DNA of 63,845 bases, the filler included, from Bigelowiella natans CCMP2755 (taxonomy: Eukaryota > Protista > Cercozoa), in assembly GCA_000320545.1 (NCBI GenBank). It is 5 parts of 5 records of this genome, joined end to end, with 100 filler letters (N's around TTAATTAATTAA, not from the genome) between each part and the next. Parts side by side here need not be neighbours in the genome. Positions count along the whole stretch, not along the records: positions 1 to 31,220 come from ADNK01001068.1; 4 more parts are not named here. The stretch is one strand, 5' to 3'. The translations under genes were made by a program, and so were the position numbers. Shown piece by piece: positions 13,408 to 26,070 of this stretch (its first letter is position 1; the number at the start of each line of letters is the position of its first letter). The notes below the pieces were generated by a model. That model was not told the origin of the DNA. It worked only from the letters and a program-made list of their open reading frames with translations, and ran no database searches.

Positions 13408-14977
13408 CTATTTGCGTGCCGCCACGCATTTTATCACCGACACGCAACTGTCCTTACCACTACACTCGGCCGGTGTTGCACCAAACTCCCCACGCGTCGG
13501 AGGCGGGGGTGCATTTTCGTTGAAAGCGTATCGGAAACCTTCAAAATACTTCATGACAAGCTGCTGACTTCCGAAATAGAGGCAGTTGACGGTTAGGTTC
13601 AGACTGCTTTCGTTCGTGGCTTCCAGTGCAGTGGCGATGTTCGCTAGTGCGTCTGTCGCGTTGGCAGTGTGGGAGAACGCTCCGGAAAGGTACACAAAAC
13701 CCCCTGCTACGACTGTCTTCACAGACGATGGTGGAAAGGATGACGGCAACGACGACGATGATGTTGAGGAGGAGGATGAAAATGATGATGATGGCAGTTG
13801 TGATGAGAAATCATGGGAAGATGTCTTGGAGGATCCAAGGACAGCTGTGCATCGAAGCTTAAATGATGGCGGTGATGATGAATGTGCAGTAGAGGTGAGG
13901 GAATGGTTTCTGCTCTCCTCCTCTTTCACAATGGTGAGTACTCCTGAGGATTTCTCTTTTTTCCCAGAGGCCTTGATCTTATGCTTTCCACTGCTGAGTT
14001 CTTCGAACCATTTTCGTATTTTCTTAGCCTCGATGGATGCGAGGGAGTCTTCGTGATCACCATTGTTCCTACCATTTTCGCGAGTCCCATGGCTTCTGCC
14101 CTTCAGGAATGCAATGCAGTCGACCAGGTCCACTGCGCCGTTGCCATTGAAATCATTCTTCAACATCGAATCGATTTCATCTCCAACTTGACTGAGCGCT
14201 TTTTCGTCTGTCGCTGTGTCTCGCATTGAGATCCATGCATATCTATAGCGATCGTTATTATTATCGTCACTACCTGCTCCCTCTCCCTTGCCCCCCTTCT
14301 CCGTCTGCACAGGCGTAGCCGTCACAGCGACAATTTGACCTCTTTCCACCCTCTTCACAGAAGCGCTAGCTTTGTCTGTGATAGCTGTGCAGGTTGTGGA
14401 CGTTGGCAGGCCAGTAAATTCGCCAGAAATTTTGACGATGGTTAGGGCAGGTACATTTTCGGCTCCGAATTCTCGGGCGAACTCATGGCGGATCAAACCT
14501 TGAGGTAGTAGGAGAGGGGGGCATGAATCAATTTCAACACAAAATTAAATCGGATAGGTAACAATTACCTTCCTTTTTTTCGAAATCGTCCTCATCTGCG
14601 ACGTTGACGAGGCAGTCCACAAGCGTATGATGATTATTGGTTATGCTAGTATTCGCAGCATTGCATATGTCGCCAACATCTTGGAGCTCGGCACGAATTT
14701 GTCGGGGAAGTGTCTGGTTTGTCTCCATCATTGTGGACGCGAAAATCAACCCACGACTCAGGATTCCAACACTCTCGAGCGTCCTCTCAGTTCCAGCGGG
14801 CCACCAAGGCGTGTTGAGCACCCTAAACGATGATGTGTGATGAGTGCTGCAACGTGTGTAGATCATACTCGAATCAGCAAGCACTTACCGCTTGGGTGAA
14901 GAAGACGGCAAAGCTCGGGAGTGCCTCGCACCACCTCCACATGCAAGCATTGCGAGCAGCCATGCCAATGGAGTCAT
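13408..14977 (-). CDS. Signal-peptide protein with three tandem RidA/YjgF (L-PSP)-like repeats
   Basis: N-terminus MTPLAWLLAMLACGGGA. Repeats: GLIFAST...QIRAELQDV...LVDCLVNVADEDDFEK...EFGAENVPALTIV; ...LVDCIAFL; VVAGGFVYLSG...ALANIATAL...VNCLYF...PPTR. These resemble the YjgF/YER057c/UK114 consensus. At least 3 exons. Confidence 0.6.
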
Positions 14978-15099
14978 TATGAAGGATGATGGGAGGCAAG
15001 ATTTTGTGGTGATTTACAAGTTTGTTGCGATTTTCTTCACGCGACATCCTCCATCAGTGAAATGTTAAATTCCGTCAAATTGCTTCCCTTTTTGAGCTA

Positions 15100-16500
15100 C
15101 ACTGAGCGCAGACCTGTTCATTCAGGAGAAAAACCACACTACATGTGCTAGATCTATACCGATCTTTTTCGGCTCGGCTGTCTGAGAAAGAAGAAAGATG
15201 GATTCTCACGCGTTCGTTTGAAGAAACTTGTCAAATCAAAACGGCCTGGAAGAACGGAGTCCGGCCATTCTTAGAGGAAGTCCTTGATGATCTAGCATTC
15301 CCATTGTGTAGCACCTGTGGTCATCAGGTTTTCGTGACACACATGTCACGAGGGGTTTGCTACGCAGATTTGTGGTCCACAACTTGGCCAAGCACACATC
15401 GCATCGTGCGCACGTGCGCCTGTGTGATGACGAAGCTGGGTGTGGCAAAATCTGATGCAGCAACAGTTTAAGGGACCCAAATACTGATGACCTTCCTCCA
15501 CATGTTCATGCAATGTGTGATGATTTGCCGGATGCAGAGAACCTGACACAGCAATCAATTTTCAAAAACTTGCTTCCCATTCCTCCACACGTTCGTGCAA
15601 CGACGCGCTCGTGCGCGGTTCAAAGGACATCATGTGCACGTTTCACACGCAAATTGCAACGCAAAACCAATTCCCAAAAATCTTGTTTCAGATTTCATGC
15701 ACACACAATGCACAATGCACACATTCCTCCACACATTCCTGCAACGCGCTCGTGCGTCCATGCGCGCACAGCGCGCGGTTCGCAAGTGCATCGCATTCGC
15801 GTTTCATGCGTGTGTGTGCACTTTTTGAATCACGTACTTTGCTGCACATGGTGTGCATCTTCCTCATTCTGCATCTTCATCCTTCTCGTTTGTTCGATCT
15901 GCTCCATCTCTGTCTTTCTTCACGTCCTTCTCCTTCTCCTTCTTGGCCTGCACACACAGCACACGTGACACAATCACCGCGCTGTCACTGTCACAACTCA
16001 TCCTTCGGTGCACCATTGTCATTCCGCTCGTGTTGTTGCTTGGTGTGCTGGTGTTCTTGCACGTGAGCTTCTGGGCTTGCCCAGCTAGCCAGCAGGACAG
16101 AGATCCCACAAACAACGCACAGCGTGCATGCATGCAGCTACTTTCACTCTTGATTTGTGATCTTTGCACATGCTGCTCCTTGCTAGCTCACTTTGAGCAT
16201 CCAGAGCATGCTAGCACAGTTCTGGATTGTGTGATGGCCTTCATCAGAATTTCACATCTTTTCATGCCGGACCCTTCTAGCCTTGCACACCAACAATGTC
16301 AACAGTCACTGATCGCTCTCTAGATTTGTCGCTACCCTGAGCTCGCATGGCTGTCACATTGCCCATGCTAGTAGCATGCATGCGCGCTGCACATTCATTT
16401 CAGTCAAGATGCTGCTGCAGTTTGTGCTTCAATGATCGATTAATTCGTTTTGCCATTTCAAAGATTTTTCATCTGAAATTCACAGAATCATGTTCATTTT
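15100..16500. mobile_element. Degenerate TpA-depleted repeat or TE remnant, class unknown
   Basis: 15483-16080 contains only one TA (about 15835); overlapping Cys/His/Met-rich pseudo-ORFs; same composition as the LINE at 55788-59222. Confidence 0.5.
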
Positions 16501-16513
16501 GGAAGTGGCTTCC

Positions 16514-17959
16514 CTATCTGCCAGCTGGGGACTTCACAGATGCTTTAGTCTTTATCAGCGACCGGATGTGTTTGAAGCGCTGTATGCACTGACGTTTTGA
16601 TTTTCCAGGCACACAATCGGCAATTGCCTGCCAGCGGTCCGTCTTGTTTTTTTCACAATCTGCTTTGCTTATCTGTCTCAGGGCCATTTCCAGCGCCGAT
16701 TGCTGCTTTGCATTCCAATCGGATATGTCTGATGGTCGGGTAGAATTTTTTTTGCTTGCATCAGAAGATACTTGCGGTAAGCATGACGATAAAGATGATG
16801 GAGTTTCTGACATAGAGGTGGTTTTCCTTTTCGTCGAGTCGCTTGCTACGTCTCCAGCGAGTCCTGACTTTTGCCGACTGACATTTTTCTTGTCAGTTAT
16901 ATTACAAACAGATTTACTGCCGCTACTGTTAGTGCCACTACTGCTCATACTCGTGTTTCCACTTAAAGCACCATTTGTTTTATTGTTGCTGGTTCGATAG
17001 CCCATTGCGCGAAACTCCATCTCGCGAGCCTTTTGAATAACTTGTTTTTGCGATTTAGTCGAGCCGCATCGTTTGGTGAGCATATTCGTGATCGCCTGCC
17101 ACCTACGTGAAGCTCCACCGGGAAATTTCGCTATAGCTTTCGCAAGAATACTAAGTTCTTCTTCCGACCAGACATGCGAGCCCGCATGCTTTGACTTCGG
17201 TGCCTCCACTGGCCCATTCTTGGTGTTGCTACCCTCTGTTTTCCGTCTCTCGAATTGAATCTCGGCGAACTCCTCTTCCTGTTTCTCCTTCCGCAGCTTC
17301 TTTTTTGGGGGGTTGTTGTTGTTTGTGGATGCAGTAGCAGCAGCAGCTTGTACTCTTTGCTGCTGCGAGGTGATGTCCCGTAGCAGTGATGACTTGTTTG
17401 CTCGATCCTGCTTAGCCTTCTTTACGCGCTCGTTATACCGCATGAAGAGCGGAATTAGGACGCATGTCGCTATGACACAAGTCATCGTCGCGTCAACCCA
17501 CCATGGGGTATCCTCGGAGAGCATTCCAAACCCATGGGAGGGCGGATCGTTCTCATAGACGAAGGTGTTCCACGTCTTCTCATCATACTCGTAGATCCCG
17601 TTCTCCACCAACGTGTTGTATCGGTTGCGAATCATCTCGTCGGAAAGAACCTCATAGGCCTTCGACATTCGCATGAAGCGCTGCTCCGCGGCTTCGCGTT
17701 CCTCCTCGGTCGCAGAGAGCGCGATCTTGTCGGGGTGGTATTTCAGGGCCATCGCCCTGTACGCTTTCTTGACCTCCTTCATACTGGCCTTCGTACTGAC
17801 TTGGAGTAGCTCATAATAGGTTTCCCCGGTCTCGCTCCCCAACGAAAACAGGCCTGGGTTAAAGCAGGACAAGACAGCGAGAAGGAGCAAAGGACGGAGG
17901 AGCATGAGGGCAGGCGAACCTCCTGGAAGCTGTCCCGTACCGCAGGTGTGTTCCGCCAT
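16514..17959 (-). CDS. DNAJC1: DnaJ homolog subfamily C member 1 (ERdj1/MTJ1-like): signal peptide, J domain, TM helix, two SANT/Myb domains; intronless
   Basis: YYELLQV...KKAYRAMALKYHPDK J domain; TM segment WWVDATMTCVIATCVLIPLF; SANT motifs WSEEELSILAKAIAKFPGG...RW and WNAKQQSALEMAL...DRWQAIADCVPGKSKRQCIQRF. Confidence 0.9.
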   Translation of the reverse strand: MAEHTCGTGQLPGGSPALMLLRPLLLLAVLSCFNPGLFSLGSETGETYYELLQVSTKASMKEVKKAYRAMALKYHPDKIALSATEEEREAAEQRFMRMSKAYEVLSDEMIRNRYNTLVENGIYEYDEKTWNTFVYENDPPSHGFGMLSEDTPWWVDATMTCVIATCVLIPLFMRYNERVKKAKQDRANKSSLLRDITSQQQRVQAAAATASTNNNNPPKKKLRKEKQEEEFAEIQFERRKTEGSNTKNGPVEAPKSKHAGSHVWSEEELSILAKAIAKFPGGASRRWQAITNMLTKRCGSTKSQKQVIQKAREMEFRAMGYRTSNNKTNGALSGNTSMSSSGTNSSGSKSVCNITDKKNVSRQKSGLAGDVASDSTKRKTTSMSETPSSLSSCLPQVSSDASKKNSTRPSDISDWNAKQQSALEMALRQISKADCEKNKTDRWQAIADCVPGKSKRQCIQRFKHIRSLIKTKASVKSPAGR

Positions 17960-18760
17960 AAACCCGACTCATATTGAAGTCGCAGACTGAAAACGCCATA
18001 CGTTCTCTAATTTAAATCACGAAGCACTTTTTATCCTGAATATTTCCTAATTTATTTTCCAGATCGTCCCTTGGCCGGACATTTGACTGATTTTATGTTT
18101 TGAAAAAAAAGGTCCTGAGGGCCGACATTCGCCTATGGATTTTCTAGGATTTCCTCGGACTCCAGGGAGTACGACAAGATTTATTGTATGTCGCAGGTGT
18201 AAAACTTGGTTCTACGCCTAACGGATAGGAAGCTATTTGACGTACTTCTTTTCTCATTCCTATGGCTGACCAGACTAAAAACGGCCTTGTATTTAGGGAG
18301 ATTATGCATGTTTTTTGTTGTCGTTGTGAGGTAACGCTACCAAGGTGTTTTCCAAGTTGACATCAACCTCCCTCCCTCCAATGGGCGATCGGACGAAACC
18401 CTCCAAAAACCTCACAGGAACTGGCCTGAAGCCGCCTTCAAATATGAGGTAAAAGCTGATTTCTTTTCATTGAGGAATAGGGATTTCCTCTTCAATGCTT
18501 CTCAGCGTCAACGCAACAAGAACAAATTCATATCCTATCAAACATATCAAAACAATGGCGTCTCCTACACCTAAAACGCCCGTGAGGATAGACAACCTGA
18601 GATACGATAGAGCCCTCCCATGATATATCTTTACCCTGGAGGCAGTACTGAGTTTGCGCGTCACTACTTGCCTCCAAGACACCAAGACACATCAATCTTC
18701 CAAACTCTTTGCCCAATCAGCATGATATACATTCGAAACGCAATTCTTCTGATTTTCTTG

Positions 18761-18797
<37 letters not shown>

Positions 18798-19088
18798 TAT
18801 TAATTTATTTATCCTTTAACGAACAGCTCATCAAGTAATCGCCGTCGAAGCGTACTTGGCCCCCCAGTATCATCGAGAACAAGCAGCAAAATCAAAGCTC
18901 CAAGGTTGTCCTTGCATTGTAGTTTTGTGTAGACATTCATGTCAATAATTTTCTCCTGTCTGTATGTACATATTGCTATATGCTTGTTCAAATTTGATGC
19001 ACGCACCAGAGAATATATGCTCCCTCGCAACAACAAATTCATTGTCGTCCATAGCCATCGTCTCAATCACACTATACTGCACAGCAAA

Positions 19089-19827
19089 ATGGATCGGCGC
19101 AAGTCAGTTTGCGTTCTGCCCCATTCGAAGCGCGGCAAGAAGGGCAGCTCCTCCTCCTCCTCCCGGAGGCGATCCATGTTTCCCAAACCACCCAAAACGC
19201 TCGCAAAACCTACTTTCCTTCAGTCGAAACCCTTCCGTCCTTCGAGTAAATCTCCTAGGAAAAAGGCTAGTAGTAGCAGCAGTAGCAGTACCACGACGAC
19301 CACCAAAAGGGTCTCTTACACAGAGGCTATCAAAGAGAACGAGAGCATGAAGGCAAACATAACGTTGCTGCGCGAGGAGCTTAGCGATCTTAAAAAGCAG
19401 ACCTCTGTACTTGAAGAGGCCAAAGCCGCCTTGGAGGATAAACTTGCTGCTGCAGAGGCTGATTCGAAAGTGAAGGCGTCGCGAATAGTGACTTTAGAGA
19501 AAGTTGCTGAGAATGAGTCTATCGATGTTGTAGCACTGGAAAAAAGATTGACTGAGGAGAATGCTCAGATCGAAGATATCGCGGCCAAAAACTCGACTAT
19601 TATGGCAAAGGTCTATTATAAGTTCCACACGCTTTTAGTATTCTTTCTCAAAATACTATCATTTTTGGTGATGGATTCTGCTGCTTGCCTGCTTTTCTGC
19701 GACTGACTGACACATCAAAATTGATTAGTCCCTGGAGCAAGAGAAAAGGGCGGAAGAGGAGCTGGCAGCGATGAATGATATGCTACATGAGCTTGAAGCT
19801 ATGGTAGTCCATCTTTCAATTCCATGA
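19089..19827 (+). CDS. Hypothetical coiled-coil protein, probable exons 19089-19610 and 19729-19827
   Basis: Basic Ser-rich N-terminus followed by a heptad-rich segment (EAIKENESMKANITLLREELSDLKKQ...). An in-frame GT-AG join gives SLEQEKRAEEELAAMNDMLHELE...*. Confidence 0.55.
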
Positions 19828-20630
19828 CACGCAAAACAATACTGAGCACAATGATACTTGCAGTCATATTTAGTAGAGAAGTTTAATGCTACAATTGCAC
19901 GAATAATGATGTATCAGCTGTATGTGTATTTGTTCTCCGATGTTGATGCAGCATGAATCTGACATTATGCTTTGTTGCTCTGTCACCAGAATATCTGCTT
20001 CTAATAAGTAGAAGTTGAAGGTGCATTTTTGGCACGTCGTTTGTGTACACGGATGCTTGTGACACGGGATTCGTGCGGAATCCTCATCGTATTTCGTGTA
20101 AAATCCCGAAAGGAACAGCAGCTCATTAGATTTCGAAATAATCACGCATATTTTTTAAGATACGTGCATGTATACTAATGGTCAGTAATATTTCAGCAAA
20201 GCGATAGACACACCTGTCGAACACGAAAAGATGTACATGTGTGCACGCACGCGTTAAAAACTAGAATGAGATTCCACGGCGTTGCACTTTGAATAAAGTT
20301 TCCGCTGCTGCTACACGGCGCAGTAGATGCTACGCAGATAGGCTACTACCACCAATGCCAGCAACGATACGCGACGTACACATATGCGTCATGTGTAGAC
20401 ATGAATCGCATACACAAACACAACTCACATGACATGCTAGCATGCTAGCATACACTACTAGACTAGTGCAGGACCTAGATGATCTCCGAGAGCACATCTA
20501 GACATCTTTGCATTGATCTCTAGATCTCTAGATCTCCAAATTCATACACTTACACGTGTATGCACTACTAGACTAAAGTAAAAGAGTCACGGACCGCTGC
20601 GCACACTGGACGACATCGAAGACAGAATGC

Positions 20631-20770
20631 AGATGCTTTCAAATGCATGAAACGATATGTAATAGACGAAATAAACAGATGCAATCTAAGCGCTTGTGTA
20701 GCCGCTGCCTTTGCATAGCTACATTAGGATGACCATTGAAAAGATTTAATCACTTCATTACGTCCATCTC
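20631..20770 (+). mobile_element. 3'-end fragment of the LINE family, retaining several TA dinucleotides
   Basis: gctttcaaatgcatgaaac...gcatagctacattaggatgaccattgaaaagatttaa...tctca is homologous to the reverse complement of 55788-55915. Confidence 0.8.
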
Positions 20771-20967
20771 ATATATATACTAGTATAGCTAGATAGCGCG
20801 CGTGCGCGGCACCACGGCATGCGAAACAGCATTAATTAATGAAGATGATAATTCTAATGGAAATCTAAATAATAACTCGCCGCGCAACTTTAGATGCGAT
20901 GCTCTCTATACTCCTGCTGTGGTTTAGAATTTGTGTGGCTCCACCACGTGCAAGCTTTACATGGACT

Positions 20968-22828
20968 TTATACTTCTGGCTCTTCCATTGCAGTCTCATC
21001 ATCACCCCCAGCGATAATCTCCTCAAGCCCCCCCCCCTTGTTCTCAGCGCCATCACCAGCGTTCTGCTCTGCAGCCTCAGACTTCTCTTCAACTACGGAG
21101 CCGTCACCGTCTAATTCGCCGAAATCGTTGTAATGACCAGCTGGGGCGAGATTGAAGGAGTTTTTGTTGTAGCCATCACGAAGAAGTACGTACTTGTTAT
21201 GCACATCTTGAAAGCGCTTTCTCAGCCTAACAAGGTAGTACACCAGCGCCACAGCGATGATGAGAGCGATAATGATCCCAGCAGCCATGAGACCGATGAC
21301 AGTGGCAGAGAACTTCATATGACACTGCGTTTCCTCCGCATCTTTGCTTCCGAGGCATGCAACCTTTCGATACCTACCAGGAAGAACGATGTTAACATGC
21401 AAATAAGCATACCATCGAGCGCTGATGATCACATATCTGAGCAGAGAGAAGAACCTTCAACTAGACATCGCTGCTACAACGTGCAGAAATGTCCGGCACG
21501 GTTCAGGTGCGACGTATATCATAGGTGCTAAGCATTCTCCAGACATCTCTCCTACAAAATTACCATGTGACAGTCTTCTTTCCGTTGTGGCAGCTGGAAT
21601 ACGCTGCTTCAAAGTCTCCCTCGCTGCAGATTGGGCACGCAAACTTGGAGGCCATCTCGAACACGGCGCCGTGGCAGCTGACGTTGGAGCTGAACGAGGA
21701 ATTCGCCGCGTTGAGATGCGTCACTGTGCTGTAGATGTCCTCAGCGTCCAGATCGCACACGACTTGTACCTGCGCGCTCCACCGCATCTGACCAGGCTGC
21801 GCTGTATCCCCACTTCCTGCAGCTTCTCCGCAGACATCGCCACGCGCCAGCGAGAGGATAAGGCCACCCCCCCTCGACGGATTAGGAGATGCAGCAGCCA
21901 TGGCATCATCCACCTTCATCGGGGAAAGAGACAGCTCGCTCCCTGCGCTAAAGTAGGTGTATTCTGGGAGGACGCTGCAATTTTGACCCGCCAGCCCAGC
22001 GGCCCTCACCTCCGTATTCGCAATCTGCTCGTTCTCAACCACCTTCTCCGTGATGAGCGACCCTCCAGTTCGTGCCACCCCCCACCTCCTCGACAGCGCA
22101 AAGGCGAAGGTGCGCCCCCCCAGGTCGATCTCGACACCCATCGATGAATTGGCGTGCTTGGAGTGCGGGCTTCCGAAGGCAACAAGAAGGCTCGAGATGT
22201 TGTACTGGCGGCCGGTCGTTGTCGACGATGGTGCCGCTGCTGCCGTGGAAGAAGTATCTAGGATGTCTAACGGGGTGCAGTGGGTTGACCCCGCCGCACT
22301 CGTCGTACCCTCTCCACACGCTAAGCATGTTGTTGTTGAGGCTGCATAGGTGTTGGCAGGGCAAGGTGTGCAATCCGAGCCATCATTTGAGGTGAACCCG
22401 GGCATGCAAGGCTCACACGATTCGCGATTCTGCGATGACTGGAACCCTGCCCTGCAAGGAGCGCACGCAGTCGCCCCCCCTCCACGGACGCCGATCAAAA
22501 TTACGCGGTGAATGCGGATGATGTTGGTGCCTCTCACATTCCACAGTAGTGTGTGGGATCCTGGAGAGATGCCGCCAATTGCGACGGTATATAGGCCTGA
22601 TTCAAAGCGTGGTGAGACAGAGAAAGAGATCATCGTGTTCTGCTGGCTGGTCTGATCGTGGCTAATGATCATGTCTTTTACTTACTGCAAGCCAATTAAA
22701 TGTGTCACAACGATTCGCAATGTTCGTAATATACGCAGGTATGCGGACACATAATACATGGGCGCATGTCTATAGGCCTTTGCCACCGTATATACTGCTA
22801 CTACCGCTACTACTTACTACTACTACTT

Positions 22829-22861
<33 letters not shown>

Positions 22862-24795
22862 CAACACTGCAAGAAGGATAACTACTACGACTACTACCAC
22901 TACTATTACTACCTTGTGAGGCTGTAATCTGGCCTTTAGGAACACCGTCGACGAAGAAGTCGAAGCTGTCCTTGGTGGGGTCGTATCCCATGCCCGTGTT
23001 GATAGCTTCATACGTGAAGTTGACTGCCCCATCTTGGAAGAAGGTGCTGTCTAAAGTTAGCTGCATGGCGGGTGCGCGATTCTCGTACCTAAGCATCAGT
23101 TTACATAAGGGGAAGAAGGAGGAGGAGGAGGAGAAGAAGAAGAAGAAGAAGAACGGAGAAGGAGGAGGAGGAGGAGGAGGAAGCCGGGGTTTTAATTCTG
23201 CAGACAGTTGTGAAGGCAATGTATGATTTTCGTATTTACGTAGGAAAAACATACGCGTCGGTGGGCCCCCCAGCATAAGCATAGTCCTCGTGCAGCACCC
23301 AGCCATTGCTCGAAAATCCCTGTGGCCACTTGTAAAAGTATTCATAGTAGACCTCCTCGATCGACTCGGAACCACGCTCGCAGGTTGCGCAACCGGACTC
23401 GCTCTGCAACCCCTGAGGGAGGTAGCGTCCAGGCCCACACTCATGACAGACATTGCTGGCATCTTTGTACATGCCCGGTTGGCACGGCTCGCAATCCACG
23501 GAGACTTCAAGCGATGGGAGCGACACGCCTGTCGTTTCATTGCAGATGTGTGGGAGAGTCCAGTTATAGAACAGATCTCGCCTGTTGAGCGCAGTGTTGC
23601 ATTCGGTGTAGTTTTTGGAGTAGTCCTCCACCACGCACGGTAGACGCACTTTGCAGGCGTCGCGATGCACCGCCCCTGGGAATGAGTATGTGTTGGGTGG
23701 ACAAGGCACGCATTGCCCATAATGCTCGTCGCTAGCATATTCGTTGGCGGCGCAGGTGACGCAAGCGGCGGATCCAGGGACGCTTGACGTGCCTTGAGGA
23801 CATTTGGTACAACCAAGCTCTGCAAAATCTGTGCCTGCTACCTCGATGATCTCCAGCTTCGCTCGGTCATCGCCATAGTCGCCGTACCAGTTCTTCCAGT
23901 AAAACCACTCCAGGACGTGTGAGCCGGCGGGCAGGGGGAAGACCCGCTTCTTCCACGTGGGCTGATTGGACTGAAACCCCATCTTGATTATCGAATTTAT
24001 CGTGAACTCTAGGCCGTCTCGGCCTTGCTCTGCCTCTACTTGGTACCGGAAAGACACGTAGCCCGGCTTCTTCAGTACTACGACCAACCGCAGCGCACTC
24101 ATGATATTGTGTTTATTGTTGTTGTCTCCTGAGTAAATAATTGTGCCGTTCTCATCGGGTTTCCATTGGTGGCAGCCATTCGCTCTGAGGACCCAGTGAT
24201 ATCCCCTCCTTCCTATGCACCATGTCTCTAGAGCTGCAGGCCATTTCTCTAGTTTCCAACCGTTCCTTTCCCCAGAGATTTCAAATCCCCCTCCGAGAGA
24301 ATATTCACCGGCAGCGCAAAGCTGGCATTCAGGGTCCTGAGATTACATCACATATGAAAGTGGAAATTGAAATAGACACGAAACGTGTGGATAATCGTTT
24401 GAGAAGGGAAACGGCACATTGATGCAATCTACTCTCACTTGAATTGTTCAATACGGCTGCCGCTCCGAAGAGGGAGACCTCTATATTCTCCATCTTGCCA
24501 ATTTTTAACTCTTTCTCGATGATATATTTGTTGAGTTTACCCCAGTGGAGTTGGTAGAAAGAATAGACCCAGCAGGGCAAGATATTTGACAAGAAATCTT
24601 TCGCGGAGGTGGAAGCACTAGGGAAGAGTTAAAATCACAGCGTTCGGAGTTTTGATAGTGGTATACATTCCTAGACCCTCCATGTTCCGGACACTCCCCA
24701 AATCCGGACACTATGTCAGAGGTGTTGCACGTCCTCGCGCTCACGAATGGTGAGAGGAAGAGTGGAAGGACGCGAAGGATGCGAATGGCAGCCAT
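20968..24795 (-). CDS. ELAPOR/KIAA1324 (EIG121/UPF0577)-like type I membrane protein, multi-exon
   Basis: Signal peptide MAAIRILRVLPLFLSPFVSA; Cys-rich repeats (CTKCPQGTSS, CVPCPPNTYS, CKVRLPCVVEDYSKNYTEC, CEPCMPGFTS); GYVSFRYQV and GSHVLEW beta-domain segments; MRH-like region; C-terminal TM followed by YYLVRLRKRF...KYVLL tail. Confidence 0.8.
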
Positions 24796-26070
24796 TGCTT
24801 TCCAGATGTGCTTGATCTGGAGTTCGCATACACAACATTCTGATGCTGCGACAACCCTCGTAACTCCCATATATCATTGTCGCATCGATAAAACGCAAGG
24901 GACTACAGTGATTTGATACTGAAGACCGCTGTTCTACGAGTCGTAGGCCGATTTATGGAAGCTTTGGTGCTCTCCCGGATAGTCGTAGAGAAGAATTCGA
25001 TTGGACTTCGTTATTCTGAAACTTTTCTTCGTTGTGCTCGAATGTGCTGGGGAAAGCTGCATGCCCACGTCCCGTTCTACAACAACGTTGTGACAGGGCG
25101 AGAGGTGAAACTCAATTATGAACACGAGATGTATTCAATTTCAATGTACTTGAGATTAAGTGAACCAATATCGCAATGAACGTTGTTTATAAGATTCAAG
25201 CCCAGCTTGGAGTGTCTCAGAAAGTAATGAGGCCGGAGCAGCGCCATGATTTGTAACAATGCCCATGCCTCCGTTCTTGTACGACCCGAATACCTTGCCG
25301 CTTCAGCCCTTCAGACAAGGGAAGTCGAGTTTGGGGTAGATTCTAGTGGTAGCCCCCAATCACAAGCACTAAGCAAGACAAACTCTGATAATCTATCGTC
25401 TTTATGACTCCAGCAGGAAGATAATTCATCACGTACTAACGAAAACTAAAGGAAGCACGAACAGATTATCATGTTCTATTTTTTAAGATGATTGGATCTA
25501 TAAAAGACAAAAATCAATTGTGAAGATTCAGAATTTAAATCTGTAGGTGGACTCGAAATCTTCTGTAAATGTCCTGCTCCTACATCCCGGCGAGAATTAG
25601 GCTGAAAATCAAAAAGAGACCAACCCTATAAGTTTTAATGTTACCTCTGGAGTGTAGATATTTTCTTAGCAAATGATTGTTGTGTGGCTTTTCACAAAAC
25701 TATGATCATCGCTAGGATGATGTAAGTGAAATCTCTACATGATGCTAATAGTACATAGTGTAACACCATTCAGTACCAGTGGTCATCAATTATGCACCAT
25801 ACACCCTGTCTTAAAGTTTACACCGTTGTGCAAGGTTCGCTGCGGACATGGATGGGTTCAGTAGGTGCGCACGATTGAATGGCCTTATCGCATGTCAGCC
25901 TACTAGCTGTGCCTCCGCGCAAAACAGTGCAACGCTTCTGCTGATTTCAACAAATCATTTGTCGAATGCATTTCCTTCATTCGTCCTCATCCAAAAATGC
26001 AGAATTCATGCGCATGTGTCCGAAGCTCGAATTAATTAAGCTTTGTGCATTTGCAACTAGATTTCAATCA

